NCBI GenBank assembly: GCA_965644295.1
Contig: CBFFRP010000125.1
Coordinates: 62,001 to 126,000 of the forward strand
Reading direction: 5' to 3'
From: Paraphysomonas bandaiensis
Taxonomy: Eukaryota; Protista; Chrysophyceae
DNA length: 64,000 nucleotides
Shown: in pieces, positions 41,701 to 53,742 of the stretch
Numbering within the stretch: the stretch's first letter is position 1
Layout: the number at the start of each line of letters is the position of its first letter
The notes under the pieces: generated by a model
What the model was told of the DNA's origin: nothing
Seen by the model: only the letters and a program-made list of their open reading frames with translations
The model's database searches: none
Translations under genes and position numbers: made by a program

Positions 41701-44700
41701 TACTGACAATATGAATAATAATTCTCAGAACTGGTTCATGGGTGTTATCGTAGTCAAAGTTTAGAAGTTGGATAATATTAAGCAAATGCTGAGGTTTGAC
41801 ATTGCAGTCTTTCGCATCTAACGTCGATACAGTTGATATGGCAGCAAACTTCTCCAATGTGGACACCAATTGATGAACAAGAGATTGCAAAACATCTGCC
41901 CGTAGTTGTGAGTAGACACTTCGACTGATATCGAGTAAGTTATACGTCTTACTAACAAGCCGTACCAATGTGTGCGACTTTTGCAGTGAAGGAGACTGCT
42001 GGCCACTCGAGGGAAAAGATCGAGAACCTTGATCATGAAACTTTAAAGCTTCAAGCAAAACTAAAACAATTATATCATCAGTTCCAGGGCCTTCAGATTC
42101 TACTAACTTGAGTTGGGTCGACCTCTCCCCTAAAGTCACTTGCACGTGCGCTGGAGATACCGCCATGCAAGTTAAAAGAAGAGTTTTAATATCGTTGTTT
42201 AAGGCGATTCTTGTCTCGTCCGCACTTTTCCCCCACAGAGAAACCATATGTGCAATAATTCCGCTTTGAAGTACTTTACTAACTTCAGAACTCTCGTTAT
42301 TTATGCAGATATTGTGAAGCAATCGGACACCTAGGAGATGCACCCATGTCTTATCTTGAACAGAAAATAGGGACTCAACACTATCCCGAAATTGGTCCCA
42401 TTGCATTGTTTGCAGTAGCAGTGAACGTCCATTCGTTGTCGTGAAGTTACACACTATACCTGCCGCAAATTTTGATGTCCGATAGTCGTGACTTTTCATT
42501 AGCATGATTAAGAGTGTCATATACGACGAGACAAATTCCTCCACATTATCTTTCCCGAAGTCCTGCGTTGTTGTATCTGCAGGAGCAGAAGCCACCCAAT
42601 CATCGACGAGATTACCACTCGGAACGGCAACAAGCTTAAAACCCCACGGCAACAAATTTCTGTCCAAAGGATAACGATCAGGGTCACAATCAACGCTGTA
42701 TTGAACCCAAAAAGTTTTCGAAGGGACTGGGATATTTATACTCTGCGAATGCCCAATTCCCGGTAATAATTTCCCGTACATTTTATCTCCAAATCGTTTC
42801 AATGCTTTTCCGTCTCCATGTCCACCTGATACTTCTGATCCATTCACTAAAATCTCTAAGTAAGGAGGTTTATCCAAATCCGTCTGTGACAAACTACTGT
42901 CGTAATCCATATCAGACGAAGGATGAAAATAAATATCCACAGACTCTTCAGCTGATGGCACAGAAACCTCTATAATTTGGTTGCGTCCACGGGGCAATGG
43001 ATGTCTAGACTCGGCTACAACCGCATAAGGCGTAGCGGTTAGAGCATCAAATGCCGGTATCACAGCCTGATAACTAAATCTCCAGCCCCTAAACCTCTGC
43101 AAGGAATCTGCTTGCCAAGTGTATGTAAATTCGCTTCCTTCAACATACAATGGCTTCACACCACCAACTCCAGGAAATCTAGAGCCACTATACGGACCAC
43201 CCAACAGGATAGTCGCATCTCTATCCAAGAAAAATGTGATCATATCGCACTGTTCTTCCGTCCGAGATTTCTCATCAAATTTGATCATAATGCCTTTAGC
43301 ATGGCGAATTTCGAGAGTTTTCTTTTCACTGGTACTGTCTTCGGTAATAGACTCAGTGAACACGTGATCTGTAGCAATCGGAGGTGAGGGCCGTATTTCA
43401 TCGAAATATTTTCCATGAATATGAATTATGTAACCATTGGATACTTTATCTCTACTGATTGCACTCTTAATTTTAACTACAACTTCGTCACAAGGAAGTA
43501 AAAAGCTGGAGTTTCGATGTCGATACTTTCTTGAAGCTGAGTCACTGATGGAATACGTCACCGGATTACCTCTGTAGTCATTATATTCAAACAACAGAAG
43601 GTCTTTCCCTCTACCAATATCCATCTGCTCAATGTCTATTAACAAAGCCGCTGCTCCAGGGATTTCAATCCTACGCTCTACATGTACATCCATTTTCAAT
43701 GGGTGAACACTTTCCTCTGTAAACGAACTCGGAAGGCACTGCAGCTCATGAGTCTTGTTATCCGATCCCTGTTCAATAAGACGAAGAGTTGAAGCATATA
43801 ACAAACCAGTGATGATTTGAAGTTTACTATTTGTACCAATATCTTCCACATTTTCCACATCGGTAAGAAAATCTTCGTCTACATCAAAGAGTATCGTGTG
43901 ACTATCTGAATCACTCAGTCCAAAGGCATATTTCATCATTGCCGTTTTGTCCATTGCTAGATAACGGAGAGCTGTCCATGCATTTACAGAAACTTCGGCG
44001 CCTGTCACTTCGCAATATCCTAACATGTGTAGGATTTCTAAAAATCCATTGAAAATCATAGCGCTTCTACAGCGTATTAACAATGCGTTAGTGCCACACG
44101 CAAGATGCATTTTATATCGTACCTGTTTTCTGGCTCTGATGCAATTCGAGCAATGCAACTTGATGCATACAACTTGCACCGATCATTCCCAAGTGTGCAC
44201 ATATTCTGTAAACAGCTGAATACTTGTCGTCGAACATCAGACTTGTCGGCTAGCAAGTCTACACGATTATATCCGTCACTCATCACGTTATCCAGGCACA
44301 AAGCCGCAGCACTTTGGGAGTGAGCATCATCTGGAAAACGCAGAAAAAAATCTATTCCAAACAAGTGAAGAAACTGCGCCGTTACATGAGACGAAATAGT
44401 AATGTTTGCCAATGAGAAGGCGGCAAATCGCTTTGTGAAATCATCCTCGCTACTCAGGTATCGTGTGAGAAGTTTAACTCCCTCCCCGTCCCGATAGTTC
44501 ACAATACGAAGGCGCCGAAAGTTTACTTCATCATCAACTTGCTCAGAACTGTGAAGTGATTGGGACGTAAATTTCGCAACTACTGAAAATTTCCATCCGT
44601 AGAAAGAGTCCACAGGCTCGGCACCTACTCGAAAGCTGAAGAAAAGACGATCGCATGCATTAAATTCCAAATCATCGAATTGTGTACCAGATAAAGCGAA

Positions 44701-45508
44701 CTTAGGAGACTCTTGAGTGTACTCATCCAGATAAAAGCAGAGACGGTCCACATTGGGAGCTGTACAACTTGAATCGTCGAACCGCACATATATCTTAGAG
44801 GCACCAGGTATAACAATTTTTTCATTGGGTATAGAACAAGACTTGCGATAAGGGTGCCGCGTTTCAAAAGTGAAAAGTGCATGGCTGGAACTGCAGTCTG
44901 TGGGCGACAAAGTAGACCGGAATATAGTCAGTGTTACCCATCTAGCTATTATATGATCAACTGGAGAGGGCATTGCATACGCGTAACCTGAAATAAATAC
45001 ATAATGCCAAGAAGTTACTGTCACTAGCTCAACAAAACTTACGAATCAATTCATGAATATTTTCAGATATGCTGTCTAATGCTTGATCGCAGAAATCATG
45101 TGTTGGTTCTTTAGCCCACATAGCATTGATAAGGCGGATCAGTAGACGTTGCCCGGTTGGTTTCAAAAATAACGTTTCTCTGTTCTTAGCGACAACCTCC
45201 ATGTTTTTAGCCATCGACTCATCTTTGGTAATGTCAGATAAAGAGTGCGAAGGAGTAACTATTGCACTACGGAGAGCCTCTGCATACAATGATTGGGCAC
45301 TTTTTGCACCCGCATATGCTAGAGACGATAGTCTGCGAAGAGTTTTTTCACTACTCGATATGTCAAAGCTGTGCTCTGCAGTGAGGCCAAGACATTGAAA
45401 TATGTTTTTCCTGTACTCTTGAATATGGTCACTCCTGCTTTTATCAATAAGGCCACGAATGAGTTCAGCAAATGTTTCGTCATCTCTATCGACGCCACTA
45501 TTAGGCAT
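16494..45508 (-). CDS. Giant (~9,487 aa) IP3-receptor/ryanodine-receptor-family channel with CUB-like, SPRY, LamG-like, SH3-like and ARM modules
   Basis: Eleven GT-AG introns (44988-45042, 44067-44122, 33594-33649, 33440-33489, 33163-33208, 31878-31928, 31617-31660, 31472-31518, 31173-31218, 19192-19247, 18939-18982; 551 bp total) join all ORFs in frame: 29015-551 = 28464 nt = 9488 codons. The C-terminus has the RIH-associated motifs 'FLQRACDGQYSRAQDYFRE' and 'LTDMTQGPNVGNQ', six TM segments, and 'GIIIDTFADLR...CFIC...HTEEHHFTWNYLFYSMYL'. Confidence 0.9.
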
Positions 45509-46160
45509 TGTGATAATATTCTTTGAATAGTGATATAAGTGAGCACTACAGTCCGTATAGAGACACTCTTTGAAATGTGTTTACTAGCACATCATATCAT
45601 ATAGTTGAGAGTTAACATTACAAGCAATTAGAGGGAAATATGATGAATTAAGATAGAGTTCATGTTATATTAATAGTCTACCAACTTATCACAGGCACTC
45701 TGTACATACATACACATATAGCAGCAGGCTATATCCACCTTCCTCCACTACCTCTCAGATACATACCAGTGAAGTAAGATTTTTTTTTATTTTTGTGAAG
45801 TGTATTAAATTGTCGTAACGTCCAGAGAAGGGCCACAGTGTATTACGATCTCATTGGCTATAAACCATCTACTTTCATATAGAAACTACAGTAAATACAG
45901 ACTATGAAATACAGACAATGAAATTTCTTTGAATATCCGACTAGTATACAGCAGAAATACAACTGTATTTGGCACCTGTAGTTGTAATTGGGGCATTCTA
46001 TACATAAACTCCCTCATAGTCTAACAGTCACAACTTGGCATTATTTGGCAATACTCTTTTGCATTGAAGTCTCTCATATTGACACTTAATCACTCCACTA
46101 TTTTTAATGAATTGAAGATTTGTGATCAATTGTTAGCTAGTGAATAATATTTGAACTCAT
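45509..46160. promoter_or_regulatory. Putative bidirectional promoter region between the giant channel gene and the IQ-ARM gene
   Basis: Short AT-rich gap between two divergently oriented genes. No specific motif was identified. Confidence 0.35.
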
Positions 46161-46572
46161 TTTAATGAAGCAGTTAATGTATATACCGCAACCTACTAGA
46201 CCGGTCGATACATCGGGCTCTTTTAGGGGTCCACGGAGTCAAAGGACTTACTCTCAGCTGTCAAATCGTACATTAGAAAAGTAAGTGTATCACTATTGTT
46301 TCACATTAATTCAACGAGCCCTTATGCAGGGATGTCTCAGACTTCCAGTCCACAGTCATATTCGATGAAACTGTTACAATAAGTAACATGTAATGATGCG
46401 ATATATTTAACCTTCAATTGATAATAACTGGTGTTAGGGTATGCCAGTGTCGAGTTACGAGGATGCCAAAAGAGATACGAATCCTAATCGTGGATATTGT
46501 AATCCCGACCACATCTCAGAAGTGGAATGTGATAATATCAGTGGATGAGGTAACACCAATGGTAACTTTATA

Positions 46573-49500
46573 TTGTGCCATAATCTGTGCCTCTGTCAGG
46601 AGCTTATGAGTATGATGTTGCTCTGGGAAGTTGCACCCAGGTTTGAGGATAGGAATCAGCTTGGTAATTGGATTGTAAAATCTATCAGAATGGATATTCG
46701 GAACGAAGTCATTGTTCGAAGTGATGTAGATATCACTGTTCTGCACCGCTACTGCAGTGCAGAAATATGCGCAGTACGCAGTCTGATGGCTGTGAAGATT
46801 CAGGCTTCAGTGCGCAGATACCTGGTGAAATTGAGAATGGAGGCGCTGGGTGAACAAAGTGATGCGCAGAGAATAAAATCCTTTCTCACATCTATTTTCG
46901 ATACAGACAGTACTGCATACATCCCTTGCACTACTAGAAACAATGCGAGCTCTGAGTTACCCCCGCGACTCCACGGAATGAAAACAACCAAACCTCGTCC
47001 TCCACGTGTGGCCCGGCCTCACTTTGGGTCTAGTGCTATCCTCCGAAAGCACCTAGAGGGCGTGGAACATTCCTATGGACCTATTACGAAGCCAGTTAAA
47101 AGCACCGCCGCGACCCGGAGAAGCCTAACTCACTTGAAAATGTTCTGTGAACGTTCCATTATGTCTGTAGAACCAAGTCGGTACGGGGCAGATGCAGGGA
47201 GTGTCATGCATGGGGAGTCTCGTTTTGAGGATGATGACTTATCTGGCTGTTCCCTTTTACGTTTAGAAAACTCTAGAACTCTTTCTATAGTCGATAGGAC
47301 GCAGTGCGAGCCATCTCTGTGTGGCAGTATGTTTCTCTCTAAAACTTTGCGGTCGAAGCAGTTGCCTCTTGAGCCAGGGGATGGAGATACCCCTGAAAAC
47401 AGCATTACTCTTGATTCAACATCGTTTTCCTTATCGTCGACGAAGACTCTATATGAAAAACTCTTACCTGTATGGTTATCGCAGTACAGTGAGAAAACTG
47501 GAGAGTGGAGTTCTAGTCAACCAAAAAGTGAGAATGTCGGTGATATAACTAGTGCACTCGCATCTGCAACAAGAAATGGTCAGGATGAAAGTGTTTTGGA
47601 TAGTCTACGGGTATTGGATTCCAGTTTTTCGATCGTTAATAGGCCCATTGCGCTGACCCCGTCGTTGCTTGATGTTTTGATTAGTACCATGACTTCTTTC
47701 CTGAGCAATCGCTCAATTCAAATGAGTGGGCTAAGTGTGCTGCAACAACTCCCCTACAGCTTGGAAGACTTAGAGAAGGTAGGGGAGGTTGGTGGGTGCG
47801 AATTGCTGTATTTGATCATTCTGCGCCACGCGATTGACCCGGAAATATGTGCATCGTGTCTAGCGGTTGGCTGCATTTTTTCTAAACGCAGTATGGAAAA
47901 TTCCCGGCTTCTAATTCAGAACAAAAATTGCGAGGTGATTGTGAACCTGTTGAAGAAGCACCGAGAGTCTTGCATTGTGACGTGTGGAGCATGTAAGTTT
48001 ATTGTTTGCTTATGTGAGAATCTCGAGGAGAGTCGGGATAAGTTTAGTACATTTGGCATATGCGACGAGCTGGCGGCTGTCATGAACACACATATTGAAA
48101 ACGAAGATGTAGTGCATCACTGTTCGCATGCTATCCGGGCGTTATGCTTGGATGACCATGCTATTAACAAGACTGCGCTATGTCGACCACGTTACTTCCA
48201 AATTTTCTACAAGACATGCTTAAATGGGCACCCGAAGTTTTCTGTGTGGAAGAATATCTCGTTAATTTTGCTTGTTATCACGGATGGTGTGAGTTTGAGT
48301 ACACTTGAAGAGTTAACGCAAGGTCCTCTCGCAACGGACTTTGTCATGCTGATGGATTACAGTTCCTTCTCTGGCACAATTCCAGCGCAGATAGTGCTTT
48401 CTTTGTTAAAGCTGACAGCTCATTTTGCTTTCAACATTTCCATATTCAACGACAAGCTGGTTGATGCAGGAATTCTTGATGCGCTACATCGGTTGTCTGA
48501 CAGCGATGTCTGGTCGCCTGATATCGCACACATTGCGTCATCAGTGGCTAAACATCTGGAGTTGAATTCCACGGTTAAAACCCATGATATTGATCACTGG
48601 CTTGAAGTTCTTGTGCAAAGTTCGAGATCTGATGACAGTGAAAACGCTTTGTCAGCTCTCGATGGCATTAATGACAATCTTGAAGGGACTACAACTGTCA
48701 CAAGCGATGAAGATGCATTGATAAGAGCAATACAGCCAGTTATCACTGCAATGACGAAGTTCATTGCTGTTACTTCTATTCAGAAGAGTGGCTTGAGTAT
48801 ACTGAAACGGCTTCCATACACACCCAATAGGGTGGAGAAAGTGTCTGTAGAGAGTGAGTGTAGTTTGCTCTGCTTGGTATTAGCAACGCATATTTCTGAT
48901 AGTGTACTATGTGTGTCTTGTCTCGATTATTTTTATCAATTGATATCGACGAACTCACCGAATTTCCTGGCAGTGTACAATATCGACACTGCGCTTCTCG
49001 GAGTTATGCATGCATATAGGGATAATGGAGAGATGGTCGGAATCTGTGTAAATATATTGTATCAGTGTGTCGAGAAAAATTGTATAAGTGTGTTTCAAGG
49101 ACGCGTTATGAAATATCATGTTCCCTCAATTTTATTGTCTTATTTGGAAAAGCAAATGAGTAATGCGTGTACTGTTGAAAAGTGTTGTCATCTGTTACTG
49201 AGGATATGCACTAATGGACATGAGGAAATAGTCGCTTCATTTGTCACGGATGATGCAATATCAGTGTTTGAAAAAGCTCTTTACGAATTCGGATCGCAGA
49301 ATCAGAATATTTGGGCGAATGTATCTAAGTTGTTAGTTGGAATAATTGCTGAGGGTGGTAATTGTATGTGCGCGAAGTTGGTGGGTTCAGGTTATCTCTT
49401 TCATACGCACAATATTCTTAGCGAATTGTTGGCGGAAGTCAATGTCGACTACGATGTCGTGCGCGAAACTTTAACTTTAGTCAGAGTGTGTATCGAAGAG

Positions 49501-52500
49501 ACAGAATCTGCTTTGCCGTTACCCGTTGAGCTGGTGATATTATTTGAAAATATGTCTCGCAGAGATCTACCCAGCGATGTAGCTATACAGGTCGCGGAAA
49601 TACAAATGCGGGCGTCAGAGTCTGATTATGAAATCACACAACTGAATCCTGGCGTTTCGATTTTAAATGATAATGTGCTCAAAATGAATCGAATGGACGA
49701 CGAACAGGCTGCGCCCATTATATGTAGGAATCTTTTGGTTAGATTTCGGAATATTAAACTCTCTGAGGTAAAGAAATCTATACCGTCAATGAACGCTACT
49801 GTCGAGAAGTCATCGTTTCCTGCTCATATAGTTTCATGCATTCAGGCTGCAACTGCGAGCGGTAATATAGAATTAGCTGTTAAAACATCTAAACGTGTCA
49901 ATCAGACCATGGAAAATACTTCTCGTAGATATCGTTTATCTGTGGCCCGAATCTTGCTCATAAACCCAAGAATACTTCTTGATATGATGCTGGCTTTTCT
50001 AAGCATTCGAGAGGTTCAACTCAATGGGATCAACTTTCTTCAACAAAATACTTATGGGGCCGCCGATGTTGAGAGGATTGGTGAAGCTGGTGGCTGTTCG
50101 GTTTTACATTGCATCATGAAGCGTCATTACGCAGACGAAGATGTAGTGACTGCAAGCATTGTGTACAGCACACACATGACGTCGTATAGCGTAGCTAATA
50201 GACTAAAAATGTTACGACAACCGGGTATTTTGATGACAACGATGAAACTATATCATTCCAATGCTTCCATGGTGGCCAAATTTTGTCGATTGGTGTGTAA
50301 TCTTTGCTTAGATTCCCGTCACGACCAAGAAGCTTTGGGAAATGCCGGAGTATGTGACTTAATAATATCATTTCTGAAAGCTCACCCCAAGAACGAGAGT
50401 GTTATTGGAATGTGTTCTCGGGCAGTTCAAAGCCTTTGTTCCCATAATAGCATGGTCTTGTATGAAATGCTCATTTCTCCATTTAACCTGGACTTGTATG
50501 TTCAGATACTATGTGGCAATATTGGAGACGTCAAAATTATGCCTCATATTTCTTTACTATTTAGAAGTTTGTTTAAGCATGAGCGATATGTGTCAACTAC
50601 AACTTTACGCAACAGTTCCTTGGCTTGTCGACTAGCTACGATGCTGAAGTCTTTTCATTCGGGCGAAACGCTAGAGTTCTTGGTGGGGCTGATTCATCAT
50701 TTTGTAATTAATATTCCGTCGTCCCGACCAAGTTTTGTATCGGCAGGAGTTATTGACACACTTCAGTCCATGCGACTGGATGGTATGGATATGCCGACAA
50801 AGGAAAAGGTTAAAAGCTGCCATGAAATTTTGACTGCCAGAAATTCTTCTGTTCTCTCTGTTGGTGAACTTGTAAAGGCGCCTGGATCTGGGCGATCTCG
50901 AATGTATCAGAAACGGAAAAGCATTTTGAAGAATGATAATGCGATTCCTCGAAAAATGTCCGTCGAAATTGCGAGTAACCGAATTAGCCGACGATTAAGT
51001 GTTTATGCTGCTCGCAAGCGAAGTGTGGTTGGCCAGGCCACTGTTCGGCACAAGGTTCGACATCTTTTGGTGTCAGTTCCGGATTCTGACGACCGTGATC
51101 ATTTGATAGCTGCTCTTCAAACTGCAATAGAGTTGGGAAGCGTTCCACTTGGAATTCGCACTATGCAGCGCGTTCAAGCACTAGTTGAAGCATCGCTAAA
51201 CGAGAAACAGGAGCATCCGATTGTTTCTAGTTTTCTTCGCTGCCCTAATATTATTCTGGATGTAATAGCTTCGTTTTTGAGCATTCGTCCTATCCAAATC
51301 TGTGGGCTCAGTGTGTTACGGCAGCTACCATACAGCTTGGAAGATATAGAGAGAGTAGGGGAGGGTGGAGGGTGCGATTTACTTTACCTAGTCATTCTTC
51401 GTCATGCATCAGATATTGAAGTGTGTATGTCATGCCTAACGTTTTGTATGATGCTTTTGCCGCCAGATACCAATAATGTAAACAGGATGGGAAAGAGGAA
51501 GGGGTTTGAGGCAATAGTTCAACTCATGAATCAGCATTTCGAATATTCAGACATCATGAATATATGCCTGAAGCTTGTATGCACACTGTGTCGAGATCAC
51601 ACGGAGAATCAAAATAAGTTGAATGAATCGGGTATTTGCGGGGTTCTAATGCGCTGGTTGATGTCTAATTTGACAGAAGAGTCATGTGTGTCAATGTCTT
51701 CGCGGGCTATTCAGAACCTTTGTGCCAACAACAATGAAGCTAACATAAAAGTTCTGGCGTCTAGAAAGCATCTGAGTGTATATATGCATATTATGAAAGT
51801 TAACCGAGAAAGTGTTAAGATATGGCGTTCCATTCTGGCTCTCTATGTGCGGATCTGTAATGGTGAAAGCGAGTATGTAAGTACTGAACTCGTCCAGAGC
51901 AGTGTGCCTTCAGAACTGGTTTCTCTGCTTGCCACAGCCGTGGATGCGCAACAGATGGAACGAGAAAATACCGCTGGCCTTTTAATTTTGACAAAACATT
52001 TCTTAGAGAATATTCCAGCACTACACCAGTCCTTTATCTCTGCAGGTATGATGTTTCAACTGGAAGCCATAATTTCCAACAGAAAAGAAGTGTTATTAAA
52101 GCAAACAGCACGTGACTGTCTGCAACTACTCTTGATAAACTCTTACCCTGAAAAATTGTCCAATGATATTCTCAATGTTCCCAAGGACAAAAATTGGTCG
52201 AATGAATATGGAGAAGTAAGTATTTCTTCGATGCCAACTGATAAGTCAGAACAACCACCGTGTGAAGAAAAAATGAATGTTGATACATCACTGAGCGAAG
52301 TGAAAGAGTACAGTGAGTCTAATGTTTCCCCGAATGCTTCTCCACTGAAGCTTTGTGGCGAATATAGAACCACCTCAAAAGAAACACACAGTGTTGGAGA
52401 AGGTGCGACTGCGAAGGAAGATGCGACCCCATCATCTTCTGCCTAATATATTCGCTCTCTAGCAACCAAGCCAGAGAGTGATAGTGGGTTTTGTGTTGAC

Positions 52501-53742
52501 ACCATGAATAAGGCTTCGTCATGTATAAGTCGAAAAATTAGTGCCTATGTTCATCGCCAGCGCAGTAGTCATTCTTTGGAAGAACTTCAGGTGACTTCAG
52601 ATACTACCAAAATCATAAGTACGCTACAAGCTTCTATTCAAGTTAATAGCATTCAAGTGGCTATTACTGCAATGACAATAATAGGTGACATATTTAATAA
52701 CTCGGACACTGACAATGAAGTACGCACTGAAATCAGGAATAACGTTGCGGCGCATCCAGCCACTCTGTTAGAAGTTATGCTATATTTCCTCGAAGATCGT
52801 GCTCTGCAATTGAAAGGAATAGAAATATATAACAACTCCCTCAGGGTCGAAATGACATCTATAGGATTGTATCCGGGAGTTGCGATGTATATGGTGGCTA
52901 CGAAACACACTTTAGATACTGAAGTGTGTACATCTGTATTGAGGTATAGTTCTTCGCTAACTTCCAGCAACGTATCTATGAGGCACCAGATGTCAATGAC
53001 AAAAGGATTGGAAATAATTGTAAAAGTAATGGGTTGTCACCGATCATCCTCACGAGTAATGATGGGGTGTTGTCAATTAGTGTTCAATCTGTGTGAGCCA
53101 TCTACAGTTGCTCAGTCTGCCTTAGGCGAGGCAGGGGTGTGCGATAAGTTGCTTAAATGGCTCATGGCTAACCCAGGCGAAGAAGTTGTTGTAGCGACCA
53201 TGTCTCGAGCCATGATTTGTCTCATTGCTGGTAAAAATACCCGCAACTGTACATATCAATCATCCGTAGATAATCTAAATTTAGATTTGCGAATCCTTCA
53301 GACTAATCTTACGAACTCTGTTGTATGGCGATTTGTATACACTCTGTTGATTGAATTAGCTAAATGTGGGGGTGATTCTGTTGCAGAAAGGCTTTTGAAT
53401 GGTGATTTTGTCCCAGTTCTTAATTTTGTCAATATGACTGTTTCAAGTGAAATATCGGACGAAAAGGTTATTGCTGCATTTTTCGCGATGATTATGTATT
53501 TCATACGAAATATACAATCCGTTAGAAGTACAATGATTGATATGGGGCTCATATGCAGATTAGAGGCATTAAAGAGTCGGAATTCGAACACTTATATTGG
53601 TGGTGCAGTGTCAAAGCTTCTTGATCGAACATGTGTGTCGCACGAAAGAATTAACCGAGATGAAGGCCGCATCAGTTATTGGAAGGAATTGGAGAATACT
53701 GCGGACAAAATACAGCGAGCGCAACATGCTGGCGGTATATAA
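46573..53742 (+). CDS. Large ARM-repeat protein with an N-terminal IQ motif and five ~340-aa ARM super-repeats; true 5' exons probably lie at ~46165-46550
   Basis: ORFs 46573-52446 and 52504-53742 are in the same frame, separated by one TAA that falls inside a plausible 60-bp intron (52403-52462). The IQ-like motif is 'AVKIQASVRRYLVK'. Blocks of 'LLD.M..FL....IQ..GL..L..LPY....E.VGE.GGC..L...L..H' recur. Confidence 0.8.

Noticed and set aside
19192-44179. Giant ORFs as endogenous giant-virus, polyprotein or PKS/NRPS sequence
   Set aside because: No viral or biosynthetic hallmark motifs were seen. The introns match those of neighbouring host genes.
16494-45508. Treating the 3514-, 4000-, 804-aa and smaller ORFs as separate genes, or as a HECT E3 ligase
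   Set aside because: All pieces splice in frame with canonical short introns and no intergenic gaps. No HECT or RING catalytic domain was recognised, and the C-terminus is a channel.
46165-46600. Exact 5' exon structure of the IQ-ARM gene
   Set aside because: Candidate donors and acceptors exist, but I could not find a fully phase-consistent chain, so no coordinates are asserted.
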